From contig NMRA01000481.1 of assembly GCA_002633005.1 (NCBI GenBank), positions 124,001 to 188,000 of the forward strand: 64,000 bases of DNA, written 5' to 3'. Under the pieces are notes generated by a model. The model was not told where the DNA came from, searched no databases, and saw nothing but the letters and a program-made list of their open reading frames with translations. The stretch is from Phoronis australis. Lineage: Eukaryota; Animalia; Phoronida. This document shows, piece after piece, positions 25,841 through 38,699 of the stretch; position 1 is the stretch's first letter, and each line of letters opens with the position of its first letter. Made by a program: the position numbers and the translations under genes.

Positions 25841-26993
25841 ACACCTGGTGAACACGCTTTATAAACAAGATTTATTCTTCACAAGGGTGGGAGGGTTAGC
25901 CACATTTTTTTCAGACAAGGTTGCTATTGCGAGTTTGTGATGCGTAAAATTAGCTGAGAAGCCATACTGGAAACATAGCTTTCCAATTAATAGCTAACCG
26001 ATTGGGTTTTTGTTGACAAATTCACTATTACTTGTCAATTTCTGAAAATTCAAGAACTCTTCTAGTCTCATTTTTTTACTCCTCTTATCAGATTTTATGG
26101 TTTCTATCGGTGTCTGTGTCCCAAAAAATGGAAAAATACAACCTGGATGCTTTCAAGCATTCTACTTAGATATGATCTGATATGAAACAGTAATAACCCT
26201 AACTAGTGACCTGGTGAACAGAGTCACTCTATTGATGACTTAAGCCCCCCAAGTGAGACTGGAATGTGGATACAATTGGTCCAGCTAAAATGTGACATTG
26301 GAACAATTCAAGATTTCTCCAAATCGATGTTTAAGCATGAGCGGAAAACCAAAATCCGTTTCTAAGTAAACATAATTGAATTAAAAAATTTGTGTTCATT
26401 CAACAATCAAAAAATCACCAAAAGGTGGGTGCATGATAGCTTTGTTCAGAACTTGAATGACATCAGCAAGTGTTAAACTGCTTAGGGTACCTAAGATATA
26501 CGACCGAATACGCAGAAATCTTGTATTACGGTAATAAATTCTCCTTAAGAGGAGGGTAAATTGTGTTTCATTAATTATTGAGACATTATCCTTAAAGGGA
26601 AGATCACCACGATCATTCCAGAGCACTCTGTCGTCAGACTGTAAATGCCCTACTGGGAGACATTCTAATTCCAATAGCTCCTGAATTAATATATAATTCA
26701 TCAAAAAACACGACTGATCAAAGTTCACAAGCTCAATTCACTCTCCAGGGCCCCAAGTTAAACTCTACAAATATTTGAATGGCAGATTGTAGATGGCCCC
26801 AACACAAAATTCCATAATACAAAACAACACCATGACACATTCTGTCAGTAATATTGACAGGTTTCATTAGATAAAGATTTTTCAGTTACATAAATGCTTC
26901 CAGGAAGAGTCATAAAACTAATGAACAATCCAATTAATCAATTCTCACAGAGAATTCAAACATAGAACCCTGGAATACAGAAATTTTCAACTA

Positions 26994-27093
26994 TAGTCTG
27001 ATATAACGTGCCCGTATTTTGAGAACCAGTTTGATGCCCGTTATTTAGTGGAGAAAACTGGTTCTCAAAATTCGGGCACGTTATATCAGACCA
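26994..27093. mobile_element. 100-bp palindromic MITE (copy 2)
   Basis: TAGTCTGATATAACGTGCCCGTATTTTGAGAACCAGTTT ... AAACTGGTTCTCAAAATTCGGGCACGTTATATCAGACCA, the reverse-complement homologue of 2198..2297. Confidence 0.8.
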
Positions 27094-28193
27094 TTACCAA
27101 TTTTTTTTCATTTTAGTTCTCAGTCCCAGTAAACTATGCAGTCAGGTCACGCAGGTTTAATAAATTAATTGACTTACTTTTCTTGGGGAGTAGCCTGATC
27201 TAACCTCACTTGGAATGCTCTGCCTCGAGTGTCACTTTATGCTATTCACAATCTATTGTCTCGCAACAAGGAAACGACCACTAGCATTCCCAATGTTAAC
27301 CACAACTGGGTATGCCCCCCCCCATTGCAAGAAAGCCTTACACCCAGTCAAAAATCATTTCAATTTTGCACTCCTCATTTTGCATGATAGCACCATGGGC
27401 CAAATACAGCAAAGTTAATTAACGCCGACTAGATTAACTTGCCACAGCCAGCGTTAATTCACCAGGACCAAAATGACGTCGATACCACGACAGGCAAGAC
27501 ATGCGCAAGAACGCCATCAAAGCCTCGGATATTTTTCCCCAGCGCTTTTTTCCGAAAAGTACACATTGTTTCATCTTATTACTGATTAATAGCAACAGGG
27601 AGAAGTACTCATTAACATGTAACTTCTAACACTTTAGAAGGTTATGCCAATCTGACCAATCTGGATTCAATACTCCCAGACACATTCCACAAATGTGGTA
27701 GATTACATGTTCTTATTTATGCCTGAGGAACATTGTTTTGAAATATTACAACTATTCTATGGAAACAAGAATGATAATATTTACACTGCTGGGCAGATTA
27801 CAAAACAACCCTGATTTGGTTCAGTGAAACAGCTGCTCAGATGTTTTGGCTAAACAAGAAAGGACAAAGTTGCTAGTTTAAAGGGATCGATAAGGATTTA
27901 CAAGTCATGACAAACAGGAGGAAAGTTTGAGTAGTGTTTTGAAGGGAAATAAGCTTGGAGATTGTAGTTACGGGACAATGGTAAGTCACTTGAAAAAAAC
28001 ACAGGATTGAAAACTGAGGAGTCAAACATCTACAATTTTCACTGGCATATTTACCAACAGACATTACTGAGGGTTTATAAACATAGTCTCATAATTGTCT
28101 CTAAATTCAAAACAACATTAATCATATGCAGCTAATGGAAAACATGTCTGAAAGAATTCCCTGACAACAGGTCCTAGCATCATACATTAAGAA

Positions 28194-28290
28194 GGGGTGT
28201 GGCCTAGTGTGACACTGGTTCTCCGTTCTTCACTGGAGGTCGTGGGTTTGAGTCCCACTGGGTCACATAGCAGACCCTTGAGTCAGGTTT
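28194..28290 (+). mobile_element. tRNA-derived SINE head (degenerate)
   Basis: A-box-like TGGCCTAGTG (~28200) and B-box-like GGTTTGAGTCC (28245..28255) at tRNA-like spacing, followed by CCCTTGAG. No intact cloverleaf. Confidence 0.55.
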
Positions 28291-30114
28291 CTTGAGCTCC
28301 TCAGCTCAGTTTTAATTATATATTAAAGCATAAAAATGTTTCTACCTCTGGACTTCATTAAATAATTTAGGTGTGAACAACTACAAATTACTCTTCAAAA
28401 ATTCTCGGGACATACACTCTAATGATTTCTATCAAGAAGAAATTTCTTCTTGATGAACGTCGTGACTCTGCACCTTAGAATATTCTTAGATACAAGTTTT
28501 ACTTGCCCGCTGAAACAGGCGCAGAATGCTGGCCTTGGAATATTCATCCAAAATTATAATGCTACTTCAAATTACTCTTTGGTTCCTGGAATACTTCAAA
28601 AATATATGGTGCTTCACTATTTCCTTGTTTGACAAAATCTAAATAGTGGCTGACTGAGGCCAGTCCTTCGAGCATGCCATTACATGCTATGTAATCACCC
28701 CCCCTGCAAGAAGCAAGGAAAAGCAAAAAATTGGACATGGCACCAATCTCACATTTACATCGGTATGGTAATTACAAACATTGCAATATCCCGGGGTTTC
28801 TCCTTCTAGCCTTAGCAAGAGAGTTGCCACCACACACTCAAAATAAGCAATATCTGGTTAAACAGATAACATATTGTACAAGTAGTACCAAGTCAAAACC
28901 AAGACTTGCAACCTACCATCCCCTCCAAATTACCTCCAAGACAAAAAACGTACTAGGACAGGAGGTCAATAGGTCCATCATGAATTACACAGAGATAAAA
29001 CACTCCTTTATCCATCAGTAAGATCAAAGAAAGCGTACCGTTTTTATTGGCCTCGTTTCAGAATGTTAAGCACATTTTCACAGGTCATGTCGGAGACCGA
29101 CATTAACATGACGCATCCATGGATGTATGTCAAGGCTATCAAACTTTCCGTCAGAGTCGGACACTTGACAAGCACATGCAAAATCAACTACAACAGGTTC
29201 GCGTTTGCTTTGAAATTTTTGAAATTTAGGACACAAAGTGTCCCACTCACTTTCTACGTGACGTCTTCAGCCACGACATTCTTTATTTTGACCCGTTTTT
29301 GAGAAACTGCACAGCTTCAATGATGCAAAAATATTCCAATTTCAAGTACCATAGCTATAATGTGAACCACATAACATGAGATAATAGCACACAAAATACC
29401 AAATTGAGTTGGCACAGACACCTGGAAAAGTCAATATCACAATGCTTCAATTTTCCTTCATACTTTCTGCTCATTTGGATTTTTGTATTACGTAACAAAA
29501 CAGCAGGATGGAAGTGTCAGCGATTAGTTCCGGTGATAATCAATGAATATCCGCCAAGTCACCGTCTGTAGCCAATGGTTGGGAATCTTTAATTAATGGT
29601 TAGATCAAATAAATCGAGCATCCACAAGTTGTGAGGGAAATGACAGCAACCAATGATTACTACAGAATGTAGACTAATGTTCACATAGACTGTAACTTGA
29701 GCCACTGTTATTGTAGAGTCAAAAACAGGTTAACAAAAGGTCTTGCAAGACAATTAAAATCTTGCCGTGTTAGAGTTCCAGGTATTAGAAATCGGATACG
29801 ATAAAAGCTCAAAAGTTTAGGACACAACACGGAGGACAACAAAAATTTCACTTTATCATTTGCCATAAAAGATATGAGGCATAAAATTTAACCTAGTGAC
29901 ACCTCAATACAGAAATAACTTGTTCTAGAGTAACAGTTAGTGCAGGCAGTATGTATGTCAGACGATGAATCATAATCCACCTCTTCTATTTAAAGAATCA
30001 CATTCAATTACTTCAAAGGCACACTCTTTCAATCAACGTTCAAACCGCTTCAAGCAAGACTGTATCCTTTATGGATTTCATAAAAACCTCTAAAGTTGCG
30101 TAAACAATGTTAGA

Positions 30115-31196
30115 AGCCCACAAGAGTGTTTATGTGATCTCATCACGGAAATTTTTATCCAAAAAATTTAATCGTGTCCTTAATACCGTTGTGTTGCTAT
30201 CAATGTGCCTTTCTTTCTTGCTAAATTTTACTAAAAGACGTGGTCACGTGACCCAATTAATGACAGATTGGTAAAGAGTCAAAAATACATATTCTAAAGG
30301 CTTTCTACTTTCAGAAAATACAAAATTTCAAAGAGTTAACATGTACCGCATTGTGGATATTTGGTTAACCCTTTCAACACCGCAGACCGCTTAAGCGGTC
30401 TCTGAAACTTACCTCCATTCAACACCGTGGACCGCTTTATCGGTCTCACGATATGCCGAACTTCTAAGCAACAGAATATTTGATTGGTTGATTAGGGGAA
30501 TTCTTTTGTGTACGTCACAAATTTAAATATAGCCTTACCTTCATTTCTAACAGCTTTTCTGATTCGTTGCTGAGAGGTAAAGTGAGTAATTGAAGGGGTT
30601 TTCCAAGAATTTAGATCGATGACTCGCAAAAACAAAATGTCGGCCGACGGCGATTCAGACGTAGACTTTTCAAATGACGAAATTGGCAATAATTTGTATA
30701 CTTTTTACTTAATTAATATACAAGATAACCCAAAAAGGAATTCTTATATATCTGGCCAGATTTTGTTGACTATTACGACAAAGAAGTTGAATTACATGGC
30801 TTTGAACCGGAGGAAAACTTTACAGGTCGCGAATTTCGCAATTGGGTCAAACAAACGCCGTTGAACTCCGACAACTTCGCAAATTTTCTGAACATGTGGA
30901 GTCTTCTAGAGTGTACGATGGTTCTGATAAGCAAGTTGAGTNGAGCCCACAAGAGTGTTTATGTGATCTCATCACGAAAATTTTTATCCAAAAAATTTAA
31001 TCGTGTCATTAATACCGTTGTGTTGCTATCAATGTGCCTTTCTTTCTTGCTAAATTTTACTAAAAGACGTGGTCACGTGACCCAATATTAATGACAGATT
31101 GGTAAAGAGTCAAAAATACATATTCTAAAGGCTTTCTACTTTCAGAAAATACAAAATTTCAAAGAGTTAAAATGTACCGCATTGTGGATATTTGGT
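30115..31196. repeat. ~250-bp near-identical direct duplication (30115..30365 and 30944..31196) either side of an N
   Basis: AGCCCACAAGAGTG...GTGGATATTTGGT occurs twice with about 4 differences. The second copy begins directly after the N at 30942. Confidence 0.92.
30369..30941 (+). mobile_element. piggyBac-like element, left end only
   Basis: TTAA (30365..30368) is followed by CCCTTTCAACACCGCAGACCGCTTAAGCGGTC. A subterminal repeat TTCAACACCGTGGACCGCTTTATCGGTCTC lies at ~30418, then a short acidic peptide MSADGDSDVDFSNDEIG like piggyBac transposase N-termini. Truncated at the N. Confidence 0.7.
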
Positions 31197-34100
31197 CAAG
31201 CACACAGACATGTCAACAATGTGATACGTGACCTTAATAAGCTCTAATTGCAAAACTTAAGTTTATTCAAAGGCTTTGGTAGGGTACTATCTAAGTTTGA
31301 AGCACTACAATAAGGACTCCACGAATGCAGTTCAAGGTCTTCTTTCTCTCATCCCAAGATGAAACCCTTCATGCTAAACACTTGAACTGCTAAATCAATT
31401 TCTTTATTGCCAAAGTGGACCTTCGCTTCCACAGACAGCTTCAAAGGTTGCACAGAAAATAACACCAGAGACGGAATTGGGGTGATGGGATTCCTAATAC
31501 CCATTTTCCGATGTAGCGGTGACATGATGAGATACGCGTGGTCACTAGGTGGCGTTCAGGTAGTTGGTGAACAGTTTTCTGGGGCCAGTTGCATGAAACT
31601 AAGGTCCCCAAGTCTTTTTGCACATTTGTGTTTTTATGGAGTCACAGGTGCAATATTTTTCTACTGTTCCATCTTTATTATGAGCTCCTGTTTCATTAAT
31701 GACATTTTCTAATGACATAACTAAAAACTGAGCCCAGAGTTCATTGAAAATAAATAGGGACTCAGTCCTTAAATTGGGGGTGTTGAATGAAAAGATTCCT
31801 ACTTATTTTCGACAATATTGACAATTCAACGTAGACTTCACTCTCAATTTGTATCAAAGTCAAAAGTTGATTTAGTAATGAAACTAAAACAATAAAAGAA
31901 AGAGCAGTCGATGTTTTCACAAATCCAAACATACACAGTAGATTTCGGGAACTTAGTTAAGTCCCTATTTGGGACTGTTTCATGCAACCGGGCAATGAAT
32001 TCTTGCAATGATTTATTGCAGTAGGATATTTTCAGTATTGTTTAAAAAAGCTAGACTTTGCCTTGTTAAGCTGACTTTTAAAACAAAAATCAAACGAGCC
32101 CTTTTACTCTCATAAAATCCGTCATCACAAAAGGATTCGGTTTCCGTTACCACAAAGAGCATCAAAGCCATCAGCAACTCGCGAAAATGCTTCACAGTTT
32201 ATTTAGGTTGGCCCACCCTCAAATGGCACATGTACACATTGCAGGTGACTTGAGTTGCCACAAGCAATACGGCTATGCCACATTTTCGAATTCGCACTTT
32301 TAGTGTTGGCCAATGCCGATAACGTCTGATACATTTTCTTGAGTCCCCGATGGTTTCTATGTTCTTGTTGGTAATGGAAATTACCAACTGTACCATGGAA
32401 AGGAATATCACGTGACCGTCTTTATCACAGTAAAAGGCCAAATTAAATTTCCATTTCCATCCACCACCTGAAACAGGACTAAAGGAGCTTCAATTATTTC
32501 CCACAATCAACCCATCGAATTGCCAGTTGTGTAACGGAAAATTCAAATGATTCATTTGCGCGAATATTCGAGTGACTCGCAAATTTATACTTCTCAAAAA
32601 TAACCATGAACGAAAGAAATGCTTCATCTTTGTTAACTCGGGCCCTCATGTCCATCAAAAATTGGGTCAAGTGAGACACTTAAGTACTCCCACGACACCA
32701 AAGAGTACTATTACGCTATACTGTGTTCAATAACATCAACGTAGGATACACCTTTCACACAGTTCGCACTAATTCAAGCTTTTTAAAATGCAAACGGGTC
32801 AAGAACTTTGTAAAATCTATGACACATACAGCTACGAACCATCACTTTACCGTACCATTCGTTAAAAAACAAGCGGCAATAAAAACTTGTGTTGACACTG
32901 TTACAGGTGGTTAACCAAAAACTTGGTTTCAGGGACAGTCACAATCAAGACTTCTATTTCACAAATCAGTTTTCCAACAGAATAAAACGGTAATTAATGA
33001 AACAGTTTGAGGCAACTATTGGTGAAATCCCTATCTACTGGGAAAGCTTCAGCAAAGTATGCCTCACATAAAATCTGAGCATTGCAGTTCTCCATGGAGC
33101 ACCTTAGAGAACCTGGTTTTCTACAGTAATGGAAATGAACAGAATTCACAGAACATGACTTCTTTCACCGAATTTGAGATTTAGAAAATAATTGTTAAAT
33201 GGTCGTAACATAAATTATATTTTGATTATTTTTGGTTTAAATCACCAAAAGTAAGCATATAATCCATATCAATTCGACAAATCGATCGATGATAATCTAA
33301 TGCAGCAGAATCGTGTTCAAGTAATTGTTCATTCTCTCTTAAGGTGGCTCTGTTCTCAGGTTTTGAGAAACAATAAAAATGGTGAGTAGTAAGTTATCGG
33401 TAAAAACAAAGACATGGAGACAGAGCTGCACTTTTGTTATTTATCCCTTTCAGATATTAAAACAGAATTGGATTAGTAACAAAATGGAGAAACTGAATTC
33501 CATATTTGCTCAAATGGATTTCCCTGTGCATAAAAACAGAAAACCGCGGGTTCTTCGCAACTCCAGCCTGAGTGGAGCGTCTCCAAGACAAACTTGCCAT
33601 CAGTGTAAGTGTCTTTGCAAAGTGTTCAGGGAAGAAACAGATGATGCTCAAGTGCGTGGCTAATAATTACTTCCTCTTCGATGTCATTTCTGTCCACACA
33701 GGAATTTCATGGTGAAAAGTTCAGATCAGGTACAAATTACACTACCATCGGAGGCAGTACGTGGATCATGCAGATGCTAGTAAGGTTGTGTCAGTTTAAT
33801 TGTCCACACGGTCATTTTGTTCCCAACACAACTTTCAAAGAGGCAACTGACCGTCTTAGCATAAGCTTATACTAAAATCTCTCCAATTTAGGGCGCAATA
33901 TGGTAGACAAGTGAAATATGACTTGCAGATTTTTTACAGCACCATGCTCAAATTCTAGACGTGACTATCGTCGGAGAACATTTTGAAAATGTTTGGGCAT
34001 TCAACACAATGTTGAAAAACTTGGCAATTATTTTTGTGCAAAATTGGTCAGACTGTGCGGATGAAGATTGTGTAATTACCAGGTGAATTGTTGAGCTCAA

Positions 34101-35945
34101 CGGTGGACAGAAAAAAGGCACTTGGTAATGGGCAACTAAAGCACACAGGAACCTAGTTACCACGGAGCGACTAAGTAATACATTTCAACCGCCAGTTGAC
34201 AACAGGAATGACAGCGGTGATGTTGTCGCAAAAAAGGACTCTAGCAGATTCCGCCATCTTGATTCTAACTCTTGCCACTTCTCAATGGGAAATTACATCA
34301 AGACAAAAGTTGCAATTACTCTAAAATCACCAGAGCAATCTCCGTTTTAGAAAAGACGCACTTAACATCTGAATGGTGAACAGGTAACTGTGGCTTGATT
34401 TAAAAAAATATTTTACTAAACTTTGCCTGTTTGAGAAAATGTGTGAATACAAAAGTGAATTAGCCACCACCACATATTTGTTCATCCCCAATATTTTGAG
34501 TACTTGGTAGGGGTGTGACGTAATCACTTTCCGTGTTTCTATTTTGGCAACTTGACCGATTTCCATGCAATTTTAGCTGGAAATGGTTGCTGACAGTACT
34601 ATACAATAGAATTGCTCTTTGAGTGGTCTTGAATCCGGGACACTGAAACATGCCACAGAGAGTAGATACTAAGAAATGCATGTTATACCTTCAGACGATG
34701 TCTTGTTCTAGAAATCTTCCATACCAACCACATCCGTTATTTACAATAGTTCAAATATTTTTACAATATCACAGGTGTGAATGCATCCGAAATTAACAAA
34801 TTTCTACAAGGTGCGACAACTTGAAGGCAGCAGATGGGCACAAATGATTAATTCCTACTTCTAGAAATGGAAATCTCCTGTTTTATGAAGGTAAAAACAC
34901 AACGCTATATAATAACAATAACTTCGTCAACAACGGCATTGACTCCTTATGCAAAAATAAATGCTCGTTACCATTAGAACAGGGGAGACAACCAATTTTG
35001 ATGTAAACTAGTGATTGACACAGCTGGATTGGGATGAGTGTTCTACTGGTACACAGCACCGAAGTGAAATACCACGAGAGGGCGCCATGGTGTTTCAGGA
35101 AGTGACCACATAGACTGCGTATAACTCAGAAATGAGATTTACAATTGCGGCTGTAAATTTCTCAAAGCAAGCTGGAAAAAAATTACCAGGATCAGAAAGA
35201 GAGCAAGTGCGGGTGTTTACGATGTTGAAACCAATGCATGAATAAGAAAAATGTTGGCTAATTGATCTGATCTCCATAGGTTTAATAACCTATTAGATAA
35301 GACAGGAATCTCAAATGTTGTTTAACAGGGCAGTTACCAGCCACGCACACAGATTTTTCAAAACCATCCCCATTAGCTCTTCCAGTGCAAAATCGGTGAA
35401 ATATTTAGCTAATTATTCACATATTACAAAATATTTTCTTTCACATAACTATTAAAGGATTTGGCTAAATTTTAGTGAAATTAAAAGACTCTGACAACGG
35501 GTCATTCATTTCTACGAGGATCAAAAAACAATACTTTTCAGGTCAAAACCCGTCTAAAATTTCAGACACTTGCATTCTTGGCAAATCAAAATGAATTTAA
35601 ATCGGTAAAATTTAAACAGCGGACACAGTATTTTTTGTACATTCAAAATATAGTACCTAGCGTTGGAATTAGAAAGTGTGAGGCAAAATGTTATCAATTT
35701 TTGACGCAGTATCAACTGGACATGGGAAATTTTAGTTTTCACTTCTTTATCAAATATTAACGGTGTAAAACAAATGATTTGTCACTTGAAGTTCTGCACC
35801 ATAGCTACCACCACCTGTTTGGAGAAATCGTGAGAATTCCTAACAACCTTACATTAGCCTCTCAACGACGAAAAATCTGGCAAATTTCTCCAAAAAAGAT
35901 ATCATTTACTTGAGTAAATTGATGTTACTCTTCCGCGCGAGCACT

Positions 35946-35990
35946 CGCGTGCGTGCGTGTGAGTGTGTGTGTGTGTATGTGTGTGTGTGT
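35946..35990. repeat. (GT)n microsatellite
   Basis: cgcgtgcgtgcgtgtgagtgtgtgtgtgtgtatgtgtgtgtgtgt. Confidence 0.9.
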
Positions 35991-36544
35991 CTTTCATGGT
36001 GTAGAAAAACACATTATATGACTAGCCTGGAATTCTTGAGAGGTAAGGCCACTATGACATCAGACCTAGAGATGGAATTTTTATAACCACTCACTCCAAT
36101 ATTTACCTCTGCCTTGCAACTCACTAGGCAAAAATAAAACTTCATTGGCCTTGTAAAAACAAATGGAAAACTGATTTTAATGCAACAAATGTGCCAGTAG
36201 GTTTGGAGACAGTGTAGATGTGTAGATGCTATTTAAACTTAAGTGCAACTTACCCCAATTGTGACAATTCACTTCACCTTATCAAGGTGAGGTAACTTGT
36301 TCCAGGGTAACTTGCACCACTTTTAATAGCTGTGTGGCTGCAAACCTGGGGCAGGGCGGAAGTAATTATCAGTTACAGTTACATACAAACTGGTTGCCTC
36401 TAGCGCACTGTCTTCGCATTAGGTGTTCACTGTAATGCACTGAGGGCGACAACTTTTGCCTTACTCTAGTTATCGGATATGTTGTGTGGACACTCCACTT
36501 AAAGTAGATAAGAGAAAGTTGCACTGAGAGCAAGTTGTTCAAGG

Positions 36545-36547
<3 letters not shown>

Positions 36548-36589
<42 letters not shown>

Positions 36590-36632
36590 GTACGTGTTTG
36601 CGTGTGTGCGTGTGTGCGTGTGTGCGTGTGTG
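36548..36632. repeat. (GT)n/(GCGTGTGT)n microsatellite
   Basis: Long GT run grading into GCGTGTGT units. Confidence 0.95.
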
Positions 36633-36686
36633 CACAGGGCTTAGTTAAAACCTCAACGGCAAACTGCTACAAGGCAGGTGTCCACT

Positions 36687-37128
36687 CAAGGTACCTAAAC
36701 TACACGGTTAACGGACTCATAAACATGGTCACGGACGCATGAACACGACTCAAGGACCTGCAAACACCGTCCACTGACTCACAAACACGGGAACGGACTC
36801 ATAAAACACGATCCATTCACCCAAATACACGGGACACGGACTCCCATTCACGAAGAAACACGGTTAACGGACCGCAAAAAACGGTTTACGGACATAATGT
36901 AGATGTCCGCTGACCCAGGAAGACGATGAGTCCATGACTCGTGTTTGGCGGTCCGTTAACCGTGTTTCATGAGTCTATGTCACGTGTATTTGGGTGAATG
37001 GATCGTGTTTTGTGAGTCCGTTCCCGTGTTTGTGAGTCAGTGGACGATGTTTGCAGGTCCGTGAGACGTGTTCATGCGTCCGTGACCCGTGTTTATGAGT
37101 CCGTTAACCGTGCAGTTTAGGTACCTTG
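36687..37128. mobile_element. 442-bp foldback element with ~190-bp TIRs and 5-bp TSD (CCACT)
   Basis: CCACT|CAAGGTACCTAAACTACACGGTTAACGGACTCATAAACA ... TGTTTATGAGTCCGTTAACCGTGCAGTTTAGGTACCTTG|CCACT. The arms are built of ACACGG / GGACTCA sub-repeats. Confidence 0.88.
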
Positions 37129-37464
37129 CCACTGAATTGTGGGTAAATGCAACAGAACAAAAGAGAGCGTTGTGGTAATCCAGGGAATAGTGATTAACAA
37201 GATATTACCATATTGTATAGTTATTTAAACACAGAACACACTTTAATCTGTCAACTGCAGTTGACTGCGCATCAATTGTAATTTCTCATGCACAGCACTC
37301 ACTCCAAGTGCTATTACAGCAGGAAAGAAATTATGAAAAGACGCTGAAGGAAATAAATGTACGTCAAAGCTGAGTGACATTGACCACTAGTTCGCTAGCT
37401 TTTCTAATTACATGTTCGTGCAATTCTGATCTTTTACTAATTGGAGTATTTATGAATCAAAGTT

Positions 37465-37851
37465 TAGGTCTTCATCAAGAGAATGTCCAGGGAGACCAAA
37501 TGGACGCTTCAACTCAAATTTAGACACTCTAGTTTTAGGATGCCCTGTTCAGTATTTGTACACCCAAGTAAAGTAAGTGAGTAAGCAAGCACGGTTGTCT
37601 CTTATAACTTGCCAGCAGTGGGTCTGGGGGTTCATTGGCCTGTCCAGAATAAAAACATTGGCTTGGAAATCATGTAAGATAGAGAACACTTTAACACAGA
37701 ACCACGTCTCCACAGAAACACTGCCACACTACAACAGCAATTTTACGTGGGGTCATAAAAACGCCGTCATGCAAAATTGGTCATGGATTCCCCCAGAAAA
37801 TGGGAAGCCCATTTTGGACGCCCTATTTTTGAAAACCTGGATAAACCTCTG
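37465..37851 (-). mobile_element. Degenerate hAT-type MITE related to 54052..54920, opposite orientation
   Basis: The reverse complement of the right end, CAGAGGTTTATCCAGGTTTTCAAAAATAGGGCGTCCAAAATGGG, matches the 54052 left end. TAGGTCTTCAT..GTCCAGGG..CAAATGGACGC matches the other end. Confidence 0.6.
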
Positions 37852-38372
37852 GTATGAAGCATTTTGATTTAGTTTGTATCATCGCTACACAAAAACATGA
37901 AATCCATTATTCCGAGCATTATATTTAGTTTGAGCAAGACAATAATTAGGGATCAAGGACTACATTGAAGGCACAAGAGTTTTGTTGCTAAAATATGTTT
38001 TGAGCAATTCACTATGAGCACACAAATGCTTGAAATTATAACAAGGTTACAGTCATTGATTTACAATTTCCAGCCAGCCTTTCAATCTTTCTTCCCCTGG
38101 CGATGCTATCTTGTACAAAAAGGCTACTTCTCACCTTATTTTATAAGACTAGGACCCTACGTGTAAGTGATTAAATCATTTTTCAGCACTTGCACAAGCA
38201 TTCTGGGCTATCTAGGTAGCCCAATATCGTACATCTAAAATAACAAAAAAATCGTTTGAGGAATGCTTAAAGTGGCAAATATTTGCAAACAAAATACAAA
38301 GACAAGATACAGTATGGTAAGTGCTGACCCAAAACCACATACACATTAGATTACACCAAAAGAATACGCAAG

Positions 38373-38561
38373 CACCTTATTCACGCAGTCGCCATTTTAA
38401 AAGTGAGCCTTTCTTTAGATTTTAAAAACAGTGCATTCTGCGATTAATCACAGCGCAAAGCGTGATTTTTTTCACGTGCCTTGTTATATTTGTGTCTCAA
38501 ATGCATTGTTTTAAACCAAAAACAGGCTCACTACTAAAATGGCAACTGCGTTAATTAGGTG
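38373..38561. mobile_element. TA-type MITE with ~40-bp TIRs
   Basis: CACCTTATTCACGCAGTCGCCATTTTAAAAGTGAGCC ... GGCTCACTACTAAAATGGCAACTGCGTTAATTAGGTG|TA. Second copy at 20292. Confidence 0.8.
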
Positions 38562-38699
38562 TATAAGAGACCTTAAATACAACCAGTCTCTAGATGCAAT
38601 GGAGTCGAATTTTGGTAAACTGACGGGTTTCACAATGCTGGCATCTCGTTATTTAGTAAAATCATGATGCCTTTAAATTGAAAAAAACTTGAAGTTTAA

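Noticed and set aside
33379-33663. Plus-strand mini-gene (ATG|GTGAGT, 72-nt intron, exon from 33454 to a GTAAGT donor) antisense to PLCL
   Set aside because: The peptide is unrecognisable, and the region follows TTAA-GG at ~33339 with CTTTCAGA motifs typical of transposon ends. Chance splice-like signals are more likely.
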